Positions 29,798 through 39,700 of a stretch of 42,227 nt of DNA are shown here, piece by piece; position 1 is the stretch's first letter; every line of letters starts with the position of its first letter. The notes under the pieces were generated by a model. The model was not told where the DNA came from, did not search any database, and worked only from the letters and a program-made list of their open reading frames with translations. The translations under genes were made by a program, and so were the position numbers. Source of the DNA: Candidatus Woesearchaeota archaeon (GTDB lineage Archaea > Nanobdellota > Nanobdellia > Woesearchaeales > GW2011-AR15); contig JAVZBY010000002.1 in the NCBI GenBank assembly GCA_038874655.1, positions 1-42,227 of the forward strand. Direction: 5' to 3'.

Positions 29798-29870
29798 TAG
29801 CCCCGCCAGGATTCGAACCTGGGTCCCCTCCTCCAAAGGGAGAGATGATTGGCCGCTACACCACGGGGCT
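29798..29870 (-). tRNA. tRNA-Gln (anticodon TTG)
   Basis: Acceptor AGCCCCG/CGGGGCT, anticodon arm TCTCC-CTTTGGA-GGAGG, T-loop TTCGAAT. Confidence 0.96.
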
Positions 29871-29926
29871 ATAAACAAAAAATAAGAAAAATCAGTATCT
29901 TAAAAACTTTACTAAATATTTTTAAG

Positions 29927-30685
29927 CTATATCCATAACCTTAACATTTCCTCTTCCATAAAATGCAATTTTCCTGGCACAATTAAACAATGTAAAGGTT
30001 TTCCAAAATCATAATCAATTAAATCTCTAATCAAACCATATTTAATTACTTGATTTTCGCTTCCAATTCTTGCACAACCTATAGCTTTCATATTTAAAGA
30101 AAAAACACCTTCTTTTCTTTTATCTTCTATCTCTAAAAATTGTTTCAAAGCAACATTTACAGACATAAACTTATTCAAATCTTTTTTTATATCTAATAAA
30201 ACTAATGTATGCAAACCTCTACTTAAATTTTCTTTAACAGCTTCATAAGGACTTTCAGGTTTAAAATTGCTTTCAAAAAAAGGCATTGAAGTTGTTTTTC
30301 CATATTTATAAAGTTCTAGTCCAACTATACCAACAGCATTTAATATAGAAGTGTTATTAATTACTTTAATTTCAATTTTTTTTTCTTTTGCCCTTAAAAA
30401 CAAATCAACATGAGTAGTAGCAGAAAAAACATCACCTATAACTAAAAATGCAACATTTTTTTTAATTGCCTTATCTAAAATAAAATCGCTATTTTTCTCA
30501 ACCATCTCTCGATTTGCTAAAATAACCTTTCTTTCATAAAACCTTTCTAAATTCTTAACAGAACAATTCAACATAGAAGTATAATCCTCTAAAAAAACAT
30601 AATCACTAATTTTAATAGCATCTAAACCTTTTATTGTAATATCTTTTTCATTATCTAAACCTAAGCCAATCATATAAAGAGTCAT
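29927..30685 (-). CDS. dph5: Diphthine synthase
   Basis: YMIGLGL, EDYTS, GDVFSATTH, GLELYKYGKT, GLHTLVLLD, PLHCLIVPGKLHFMEEE. Confidence 0.96.
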   Translation of the reverse strand: MTLYMIGLGLDNEKDITIKGLDAIKISDYVFLEDYTSMLNCSVKNLERFYERKVILANREMVEKNSDFILDKAIKKNVAFLVIGDVFSATTHVDLFLRAKEKKIEIKVINNTSILNAVGIVGLELYKYGKTTSMPFFESNFKPESPYEAVKENLSRGLHTLVLLDIKKDLNKFMSVNVALKQFLEIEDKRKEGVFSLNMKAIGCARIGSENQVIKYGLIRDLIDYDFGKPLHCLIVPGKLHFMEEEMLRLWI

Positions 30686-30720
30686 AATAGAATAAAAATA
30701 AGTTTATTATAAAAAGTTAA

Positions 30721-31707
30721 TTATCCTTTTATTATTTTTCTTACTGATTCAATAATCTCTTCTGCAGTAATACTTGCCATACAAGGCGGAATTTGTGAAT
30801 TAGCATAAGCCTCATATATACATCCAGACTTGTCGTTTATCCTGATAATTTCTCTCCCAAATCTTTTTACATAATCTTCTATATTCCAGTATCCATGTAT
30901 GCCACAAAAACCAATTTCACAATTAAAAGTTGTTTTAATAACATGATTTCCAAAATAAGTAACAACTTCTGGATTAGAACTTCCAAAAACAACAACAACT
31001 TTGTTTTTATTACTGTTATTAGTTCCTATCTCATAAGGTGTACCTTGTAAAACACCATTTATCATATGTAAAAGCCCAGAATCAACACCAATAAAAGCAT
31101 CACAGGCATATAAAATAGCACATAATTCTCTTAAATTATCATATCTTGGCAATAAAAAAGGATGAGCAAAACCAGATATGCCCCTAATAACTTCATCTAA
31201 TGTTTTTTTAGGAAGACTTCTATTTTTTACTGATGCATATGGTGCTATCACAACTACAGGTAAATTATTGTTTTCTTTACTAATTTCATTAATCTTAATT
31301 TTTCCTTGCTCAACTTCCTCAGGTGTTAAAATAATTTTTACATCATCTCTTGAAGGTAGAATTTTTATTCCTGATTTTTCAAATAAAGTATAAGCCATCC
31401 ATTCACATAAATGACCAAACCTATCTTCTTCTCCAGTAAATTTTTTAGGAAGCATTGTTGTATGAGGAAGCCATTTTAAATAATCACTTAAATCAATAAC
31501 ATTTTTAGATGATTCCCTTAATTCCCCTATACCAGACAAGTGTTTTAATAAAAGTAATGCTTGGCGTGATGAGATTATATTTACTATGTAACCTATTTCA
31601 TTTAATCCTTGGACTAAAGAAGAAGCAATAATAGTATCTCCTATTGCACCAGTTAGTTTTAAAGTTAATTCTTGATTATTATCTGGCATAGAAAATATTA
31701 ATAACAT
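30721..31707 (-). CDS. Glycosyltransferase family 9 (heptosyltransferase-like)
   Basis: GAIGDTII, FIGVDSGLLH, VVVFGSS.P, C-terminal C...C...CMASIT. Confidence 0.78.
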   Translation of the reverse strand: MLLIFSMPDNNQELTLKLTGAIGDTIIASSLVQGLNEIGYIVNIISSRQALLLLKHLSGIGELRESSKNVIDLSDYLKWLPHTTMLPKKFTGEEDRFGHLCEWMAYTLFEKSGIKILPSRDDVKIILTPEEVEQGKIKINEISKENNNLPVVVIAPYASVKNRSLPKKTLDEVIRGISGFAHPFLLPRYDNLRELCAILYACDAFIGVDSGLLHMINGVLQGTPYEIGTNNSNKNKVVVVFGSSNPEVVTYFGNHVIKTTFNCEIGFCGIHGYWNIEDYVKRFGREIIRINDKSGCIYEAYANSQIPPCMASITAEEIIESVRKIIKG

Positions 31708-31795
31708 ATTTATATATAAAATTTACTACTTATTAGTAATATTATTTATATATAAACAAAAATCTACCTTTTTTAAAAGAAAATAAAAAATAAAA

Positions 31796-31884
31796 TGCCT
31801 CTATCCATAAAAGTTTTCGGGGGTGATTTACAGATAGAGGCAAGAAGGCACCACAAAGACCAAGGGTGATCTTGAAACTTGCCT
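31796..31884 (-). terminator. Structured ftsZ 3' UTR: two hairpins with AUCACCC loops followed by a U-rich tract
   Basis: TGCCTCTATC (31796-31805) / GATAGAGGCA (31833-31842); AGGCAAG (31838-31844) / CTTGCCT (31878-31884); CAAG-GGTGAT-CTTG. Confidence 0.6.
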
Positions 31885-31890
31885 AATTAA

Positions 31891-32913
31891 TTATTTTATT
31901 ATTTCAATACCCAAGTCATCTGAAAATTCTTTTACTTTCTGTGTTTTATCATTTTTTCCTAATATCCATGGACTCTTTACACCAGTTACAATAGTCATAA
32001 CTGTTACTTTTCCTTTCATGTCATCTAAAACTCTGGCTCCCCAAATTACATTTGCATCTTCATCTAAACTTTCTGTGACTAATTCACCAACTCTATTAAT
32101 TTCTTCTAATGTTAAATCAGGGCCACCTGTGACATGAATTAATGCACCAGTAGCACCTTCGTAATTAATATCTAATAATGGATTGCTCAAAGCACCTCTT
32201 ACAGCTTCTTCAATTCTATTATTTGTGTCAGAAGCACCTACACCAATAGCAGCAACACCACCATTAGTCATTATTGCTTTAACATCTGCATAATCCAAAT
32301 TTACTAAAGAAGGTAAGGCAATTGTTTCTACAATTCCTTTAATCATAGTTGCAATTAATTCATTTGCAACAGCAAAAGCTTGTCTTATAGGAAGATTGCC
32401 AGCAATTTGAACCAATCTATTATTATCAATAACAATAACAGTATCACAATTTTGTCTCAATTGATTTAAACCAAATTCTGCTTTATCAACTCTTGCTCTT
32501 TCAATTTTAAATGGCATTGTTACAGTTCCAATAACAATAGCACCCATGCTTTTAGCAACTTCAGCTATAATTGGAGCTGATCCTGTTCCAGTGCCACCTC
32601 CCATTCCAGCACATACAAAAACCATGTCTGCTCCTTTTAAAGCATCTTTAATTTCATTTAATTGTTCTCTAGCAGATTCAGCACCTTTTTCAGGAAAACC
32701 ACCACAACCTAATCCTCTTGTAGTGTCTTTTCCAATTAAGAATTTTCTATCAGCTTCAGTTATACTTAAATGCTGTTGATCTGTATTACAAGCAATAATC
32801 TCAGCACCTTTAATGCCTTTTTGGTAAAGCCAATTTACCATATTATTTCCAGCACCACCAGTGCCAATAACCTTTATAGTTGCTTGACTTGCCAAACCTT
32901 CAAATTCTTCCAT
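31891..32913 (-). CDS. ftsZ: Cell division protein FtsZ (FtsZ2-like)
   Basis: GGAGNN, NTD, AGMGGGTGTG, NLDYAD, IWGA, SPWILG tail; likely ATG at 32913 after AGGTGGGG (track GTG start 32922). Confidence 0.97.
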   Translation of the reverse strand: MEEFEGLASQATIKVIGTGGAGNNMVNWLYQKGIKGAEIIACNTDQQHLSITEADRKFLIGKDTTRGLGCGGFPEKGAESAREQLNEIKDALKGADMVFVCAGMGGGTGTGSAPIIAEVAKSMGAIVIGTVTMPFKIERARVDKAEFGLNQLRQNCDTVIVIDNNRLVQIAGNLPIRQAFAVANELIATMIKGIVETIALPSLVNLDYADVKAIMTNGGVAAIGVGASDTNNRIEEAVRGALSNPLLDINYEGATGALIHVTGGPDLTLEEINRVGELVTESLDEDANVIWGARVLDDMKGKVTVMTIVTGVKSPWILGKNDKTQKVKEFSDDLGIEIIK

Positions 32914-33069
32914 TGCCCCCACCTTGTCTTTGTGTTTATTTTTTATATTTTTTATGAGTATATTCTTTTTATATTTTTTAAAATATATCTTTTAAACTAT
33001 ATATAAAAATTTATATTTTACTCTAACAAAACCTTTATATACTTTTACGGAATATACTCTACTTAGAAA

Positions 33070-33168
33070 ACGCCAATACGCCAAAACTATTATAAATTGC
33101 TTGACGCCAATCAAGCTTATTAATTTATTAACGCCAAAATTATATTCTAAGGTTTACGCCAATAAACC
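33070..33168 (-). repeat. Five ACGCCAA (minus strand UUGGCGU) repeats, two as exact hairpin loops; candidate sRNA or operator array
   Basis: Copies at 33070, 33078, 33104, 33131, 33156; GCTTGA-CGCCAA-TCAAGC and GGTTTA-CGCCAA-TAAACC. Confidence 0.8.
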
Positions 33169-33326
33169 CCTCATTATTTTTATTAATTAAATTTCTATAT
33201 AAATCTTTTTATTTTTTGATATATATTTTTAAGTATATATTTAATAGATTTTCTTCGTCTAAGAAATAAAAAATAGAATAAAAAATTCATTTTTTCATTA
33301 AATTAAAAATCTAATTATTTTTAATC

Positions 33327-34007
33327 TCATTTTTTCTTCTTAGTTATTGCTTCTTTACCTAAATCAACACCGAACTTTATTAATCTAGTTAATTTGTCAA
33401 ACACTACAGGGTTTTGCATTACTCTAGCAATGTTTGTTATCTTTCTACCATAACTTTCAAAGAAACATGTATTCTCTAATGTATATCTAATTGGAGCAGG
33501 AACAATTTCATCAGGATAACCAATTGGTAAAATTGCTTGTGGCCTTACATCCTCAGGAGCATTTATAACCCTTCTAACCATATCGTCGTCAAAAGCACTT
33601 ACCCATGTAGAAGCTAAACCTAATGCATGAGCAGTTAACAACATATTTTGTATTGCAGCAGCACAATTTTGGATAACATATAATCTTTCTCCTCTTACAC
33701 CATAAAACATCTTTGTTTTTTCAATCTCAGCACATACAACTATTAAAACAGGAGCCTCAGCTATCCACATCTGTTGCATAGCAGCTTCAGCAAGTTTTTG
33801 TTTATTATCATTATCTTTAACAATAATAAATTTCCAGCTTTGTAAATTTCCAGCACTAGGAGCATATCTTCCAGCATCTAAAATAATTCCTAAAATCTCC
33901 ATTGGAACATCTTTTGCCATAAACTTTCTAATAGATCTTCTAGTAGCAATTGCTTCAAAAACATTCATCTTTACAGCAGAAGGATTAATATCACTTTCTT
34001 CCATCAA
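33327..34007 (-). CDS. Nitroreductase family protein
   Basis: TRRSIRKF, APSAGNLQSW, QNMLLTAHALGL, IGYP. Confidence 0.94.
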   Translation of the reverse strand: MMEESDINPSAVKMNVFEAIATRRSIRKFMAKDVPMEILGIILDAGRYAPSAGNLQSWKFIIVKDNDNKQKLAEAAMQQMWIAEAPVLIVVCAEIEKTKMFYGVRGERLYVIQNCAAAIQNMLLTAHALGLASTWVSAFDDDMVRRVINAPEDVRPQAILPIGYPDEIVPAPIRYTLENTCFFESYGRKITNIARVMQNPVVFDKLTRLIKFGVDLGKEAITKKKK

Positions 34008-34171
34008 AATAAATTAATAACTTATACTTTAAATATTTTTTTATAAACTTTCTAAATCAATAATAAAAATTTGTATTTTTCAATTTAATTCAATATATTT
34101 AGCAATTTAAATAAAAATTTTTAAGATTTTAAAAAGTTAGATTTTTATTATCAATCATCTTACTTTATTTT

Positions 34172-35197
34172 ATGTCAGAAACAATTCTTAAAGAAGCAAT
34201 GTTTTATGAAAAAAAACAAAATAACATTGTAAGATGTCATTTATGTCCACATAATTGTGTTATTCCTAAAAATAAAAATGGTTTATGTGGTGTCAGAAAA
34301 AACATTGATGGAAAATTATATTCATTAGTTTATGGAAAAGCGATTGCATGGCATTTAGATCCTATTGAAAAAAAGCCATTATTTCATTTTTATCCTGGAA
34401 ATTTTATTTATTCGTTTGCAACTGCAGGTTGTAATTTTTCTTGTAAATTTTGTCAAAATTGGGATATAAGCCAAATCTCAAAAGGAAAAGACGCACAAAT
34501 AATTGGCTATGAAAAAAACCCAGAACAAATAATAAAAGAAGCAATCTCCATGAATGCAAAAAGCATAGCAATGACATATAATGAGCCAAGCATCTTTTAT
34601 GAATATGCATATGATGTTTGTGTTTTAGCAAAAAAAAATAATTTAAAAACAGTTTTTGTTTCAAATGGCTATATCAATAAAGAGCCAATTGACAAAATAC
34701 AACCATATTTGGATGCAATAAACATTGATCTTAAATCATTTAGTGATGAATTTTACAAAAAAATATGTGGCGCAAAATTGCAACCAGTATTAGATTCAAT
34801 AAAATATTATCATGAAAAAAATATCTGGGTTGAAATTACAACTTTAATTATACCAGAAGAAAATGACACAGATGAAGAACTAACAAAAATAGCAGAATTT
34901 ATAGCATCTGTTGATAAAAATATTCCTTGGCATATTTCAAGATTTCACCCTGACTATTTGATGACAGAAAAATCATTTACCTCATCAACAACATTAGAAA
35001 GAGCATATAAAATCGGAAAAAAAGCAGGTTTAAAATACATATATATTGGAAATATTCCTGGAAACACATATGAAAATACTTATTGTCCAAAATGTAAAAA
35101 GCTTTTAATTAAAAGATATGGTTTTCAAATTCTTGAAAACAAAATAAAAAATAACAAATGCTTTTATTGTGATGAAAAAATATCAGGTTATTTCTAA
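34172..35197 (+). CDS. amrS: AmmeMemoRadiSam system radical SAM enzyme
   Basis: CHLCPHNC..CGVR, DPIEKKP, GCNFSCKFCQNWDISQ, TYNEP, HISRFHP, C-terminal CxxC pairs. Confidence 0.93.
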   Translation: MSETILKEAMFYEKKQNNIVRCHLCPHNCVIPKNKNGLCGVRKNIDGKLYSLVYGKAIAWHLDPIEKKPLFHFYPGNFIYSFATAGCNFSCKFCQNWDISQISKGKDAQIIGYEKNPEQIIKEAISMNAKSIAMTYNEPSIFYEYAYDVCVLAKKNNLKTVFVSNGYINKEPIDKIQPYLDAINIDLKSFSDEFYKKICGAKLQPVLDSIKYYHEKNIWVEITTLIIPEENDTDEELTKIAEFIASVDKNIPWHISRFHPDYLMTEKSFTSSTTLERAYKIGKKAGLKYIYIGNIPGNTYENTYCPKCKKLLIKRYGFQILENKIKNNKCFYCDEKISGYF

Positions 35198-35272
35198 AAT
35201 ATTATTTCAAAAATAGTAGAGTGATAAAATAAAAACAAAAGAATTAAAAACCACACAGAAATCTTAACAAAA

Positions 35273-36463
35273 ATGGAATCTTTAAGAGAATTATATAGAA
35301 TAGGATATGGTCCTTCTAGTAGCCATACTATGGCTCCTCAGAGAGCAGCTGAAATCTTTTTAGAAAAATATCCTAATGCAAAAAAATACATTGTTTCTCT
35401 TTATGGAAGTTTAGCTTCTACAGGAAAAGGACATTTAACAGATCAAGTTTTAAAAAAAACATTTAGATTAAAAAAAAAGAAATTACAAATAAAATGGTAT
35501 CCTAATAAAGAGATGCCATTACATCCAAATGCAATGTTATTTCAAGCATTTGATAAAACTCTCTCAGGTGAATGGCTTGTTTATAGTGTTGGTGGCGGTG
35601 CTCTTAGTGAAAATGGAAAAAGTAAAAAAAATTTAATTTACAAATACAGAACTTTTAATGAAATAAAAAAACATTACAAAAAGGATTTATGGAAATATGT
35701 TGTTGACACAGAGGGAAAAGAGATACTTAACTATTTACAAGAAGTTTGGCAAGTTATGCAAAATTCAATAAAAGAAGGGCTTAAAAAAAAATCTACTTTG
35801 CCAGGAAAATTACATCTTAAAAGAAAAGCACATGAATATTATTTAAAATCAAAAACAAATCCAAAATTAAAATTATATGCTTATACTTTAGCAGTTGCAG
35901 AGCAAAATGCTGCTGGGTCAAAAATAGTTACAGCTCCTACATGTGGTTCTTGTGGCATATTGCCAGGACTATTATTTTATTTAAAAGAAATCAAAAATTT
36001 TGATGATGAAGAAATAATAAAAGCATTAGCAACAGCAGGCATTATTGGAAATTTAGTAAAATTCAATGCTTCAATCTCAGGAGCAGAAGTAGGTTGTCAA
36101 GGAGAAATTGGAACAGCATGTGCAATGGCAGCAGGAGCAGCAACACAATTATTTAAAGGCACAGTTAATCAAATTGAATATGCAGCAGAAATGGGTTTAG
36201 AACATATGCTTGGAATGACCTGTGATCCTATCTATGGTTTAGTTCAAGTTCCTTGTATTGAAAGAAATGTAATGGCTTCTTCCAGAGCATTAGAATGTGC
36301 AGAATATGCTATAATTGATGATACCCATATTGTTTCTTTTGATGAAATAGTTAAAGTAATGTATGAAACAGGAAAAGATTTACCTTCATCTTATAGAGAA
36401 ACCTCTAAAGGAGGATTAGCAAAAATATGGTTAAAAAATAGGCAATTAAATAATAAACAATAA
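35273..36463 (+). CDS. sdaA: Fe-S L-serine ammonia-lyase, single chain
   Basis: IGYGPSSSHT, YGSLASTGKGH.TD, SISGAEVGCQGEIG, GMTCDP...VQVPCIERN, YRETS.GGL. Confidence 0.93.
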   Translation: MESLRELYRIGYGPSSSHTMAPQRAAEIFLEKYPNAKKYIVSLYGSLASTGKGHLTDQVLKKTFRLKKKKLQIKWYPNKEMPLHPNAMLFQAFDKTLSGEWLVYSVGGGALSENGKSKKNLIYKYRTFNEIKKHYKKDLWKYVVDTEGKEILNYLQEVWQVMQNSIKEGLKKKSTLPGKLHLKRKAHEYYLKSKTNPKLKLYAYTLAVAEQNAAGSKIVTAPTCGSCGILPGLLFYLKEIKNFDDEEIIKALATAGIIGNLVKFNASISGAEVGCQGEIGTACAMAAGAATQLFKGTVNQIEYAAEMGLEHMLGMTCDPIYGLVQVPCIERNVMASSRALECAEYAIIDDTHIVSFDEIVKVMYETGKDLPSSYRETSKGGLAKIWLKNRQLNNKQ

Positions 36464-36620
36464 TCCTTTCTAAAAATATTTTCTAAAAAATATCTTTTTT
36501 TAAAAATTCTATAAAACCAAAAAATTAATAAATAAAAAAATATACTAGTATACAAAAAACATCAAAAATTTTAAAAATCCACTTAATTAAAATTTTTTAA
36601 CTATCTAAAAAGGTGAAAAT

Positions 36621-36692
36621 ATGGATTGGCGCGAAGAATTTAATTTTGAAGACCTAGCAGAAAAAGAAGAAAAACTAAAACAAAATTCTTAA
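36621..36692 (+). CDS. Unannotated 23-aa ORF (MDWREEFNFEDLAEKEEKLKQNS)
   Basis: SD AGGTGA 4 nt upstream of ATG; TATA-like TTTTAAA at about 36569. Confidence 0.4.
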   Translation: MDWREEFNFEDLAEKEEKLKQNS

Positions 36693-36719
36693 AAATATTA
36701 TTCTTTTTAATTTCTAATA

Positions 36720-39700
36720 ATGAAAAAAAAAATTTTATTATTCTTTATTATTATATTAATTCTGATAACTTTATCTACTAATTTAATTTATTCTAAAAAT
36801 GAAAAAACTAATAAACCAAAAATAAGCCCTGAAATTGATAAATATATAGATAAAATAAAAAAGGATAAAATTGAAAAAAATAAAAATGACTTAGATATAA
36901 AAATTCCAGTCATAATCTCTTTAAAAAAAAATCAAAAATTAAATAATGAAATTATCACTAAATCAAAACACATTAAATTAAATGATAAAAAATTTATTAT
37001 AGCAAATATAACTATTGATGATTTTGAAAAATTAAAAGAAAACCCTGAAATTGAAGCAATTTATTATAATCCTAGATTAAAAATTTTCTTGGATACATCA
37101 ACGAAGCTATTAGGTAGTGATTCTTTTTGGAATCTTTCAATAAATCAAGAAAGTGTAAATGGCTCTACACAAACAGCATGTGTTATTGATACTGGTATTG
37201 ATTTTAGTCATAGTGCTTTTGGAAGTTGTAGCATAAATTATTTTAATAATCAAGGTAATAATGTTTCCTATTTTTTAGAAACAGAACATCCTTATCCTAT
37301 AAATACGAAAATTAAATATAAAATAAATTATACAGGATTTTCAAAAATAGCAGTACATTTTAGAAATATTTCTGTTGAAAATGAATGGGATTTTATTAAA
37401 ATCTTAGATGAAAACAACTATACAATTGCTTCCTATACGGGAAACTTAAATAATATATGGAGCCCTAGTGTTAATGGAGATACTATTTATGTTTTGCTTG
37501 AATCTGATGAAAGTTTTAATGATTATGGTTTTTTTATTGATGAAATTAAAAATGGCACAACAAACAACACAGTAAATTGGTCTTGTGAGAAAATTATAGG
37601 TGGTTGGGATTTTATAAATAATGATCCAATTCCATATGATGATAATGGTCATGGTACTCATGTTTCAGGAATAATTGCATCACAAAATTCAAATTATCCA
37701 GGAGTAGCAAAAGGTTCTAAATTAGTTTCAATAAAAGCAATGGATTCTTATGGTGAAGGTTCTCCTGCAATAGTTGCAGCAGGAATTAATTATTGTGTTG
37801 AAAATAAAGAAAAATATAATATTTCAGTTATTTCTATGAGTTTAGGTGATGGCAGTTTTTCTAATTATTGTGATGATTATATTGATTGGTTTACAGACAT
37901 TGTTCAAATAGCAATTGATAAAAACATTAGTGTAGTTATAGCATCTGGAAATAATGGCAATTCTAATGGAATTGCTTTTCCCTCTTGTTTAAAAAATGTA
38001 ACCTCTGTTGGTTCAGTTGATAAATCAAGATTAATAAGCAGTTATTCACAATCATCTTTAATACTGGATTTATTAGCATATGGTACAAATATTATCTCCT
38101 CTCAACTAAGTGGCGGCTTTATATCAAGTAGTGGCACATCAATGGCAACACCACATGTTTCTGGATCAATTTTATTAATTAATGATTTCAAAAAAAAGCA
38201 AAATACTAATTCTGTTTATACACCTATCCAATTAGAAACAATATTAAAAAACACAGGCATTCTTATAAATGATTCAAGAAATAATTTAAGTTTTCCATTA
38301 GTTAATCTCTCTAATGTTTTAAAAGAAATAAACACATTCCCTATAATAATATTTCATTATCAAGATTTAAACAACTCAAACATTTCAAGAAATTATTCTT
38401 ATTTAGAATTTTCATTTTCCACCTATGTAAAAAATATAACCCTTTTTTATGATTCTTTTAATGTGTCCTTAAACAAGCCATATACTAATGTCTCATATAA
38501 CCTTACTAACTTAACAGATGGTTTTCATAATTATAGTATTTTTGCATATGACATTTTAGAAAATCCAGTTCAATCAGGAACATTCTTTTTTTATGTAGAT
38601 ACCATAATCCCTAAATCCATAAATGATTTAAATGCAACCTTACTTGAAGACGGCTCTGTTTTTTTAGAATGGTCAAAAGTAATTTTTGATATAAACAATA
38701 ATACAGAAAGAGTAATATACTATAATCTTTATAGAACTTTAAACAATCAAACAAATTTATTAGAAACAATACAAAACTACAATGAAATAATTAATTATAC
38801 AGATACAAACATAACAACAAATAATTATACATATTATATTTTGACATCTGATATATCAGGAAATATAAACAATAGCATCACTGAAAAAAACTCAATAACT
38901 ATAAGTGTTTTTTGTAATACAACTTTTTCAAATTGGTCTTCATTTAGTAATTGTATTAATGGCATACAAACAAGACAAAGACAGAGAATTTGTTTTGGAA
39001 AACAAGAAATAGAAACAGAAACACAAAATTGTATAATTACTTCTACATCAACAAGTTCTGGAAAAAGTTCAGGAAGCAGAAGTTCAGGAGGTAGTTCAAG
39101 CACATTTACATATTTATTAAATAACAATTCTTTACAAATAAACAAGAAAGAGTTTATTATAAAAAATAATACCTTAAACTTGACTAAAGAATTAAAAAAT
39201 ATACAAAATTATCCATTAAAAAAAATTCTTTTTAATCAAACCAATATAAAAATAACCCTAGAACTAATAAACAATCTCTCAAAAATAGAGCAAAATAATG
39301 AATTAAATAACATTTATACTATTTTTAACATAACTCTAAATACAACAGCAGAAGCAGAATTATTTTTTTCTGTAAATGAAACATGGCTTTTGACTAAAAA
39401 AATAAATCCTGAAAATATAGCATTGTTCAAATACATTCAAAATAATCAAACATGGAATTTATTGGAAACAGAATTTCTTGATAAAGAACAAATAAAAAAT
39501 GAAACTTATTATAATTATAAATCTTATATTCCAAACTTTTCATTATTTGCAATTGCAGAATCTCAGAAAAATCTAACTCAAAAAGAAAATGAAAAATATT
39601 TAAATGACTCAATTATTAGCAATCAAATATCAAACTTAATCAATGCCCAAACTAATGTAATTCAAAATATATCAGAAAAACAAAACAAAAAAAATAAAAC

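Noticed and set aside
4960-29870. The two tRNA-Gln genes as att sites bounding an integrated element
   Set aside because: Both are complete isoacceptors (CTG and TTG) in opposite orientation, enclose core genes, and no integrase is present
33070-33168. ACGCCAA repeats as a CRISPR array or ORB origin boxes
   Set aside because: The repeat is only 7 bp with spacers of 20 nt or less, there are no cas or cdc6/orc1 genes nearby, and it does not match the ORB consensus
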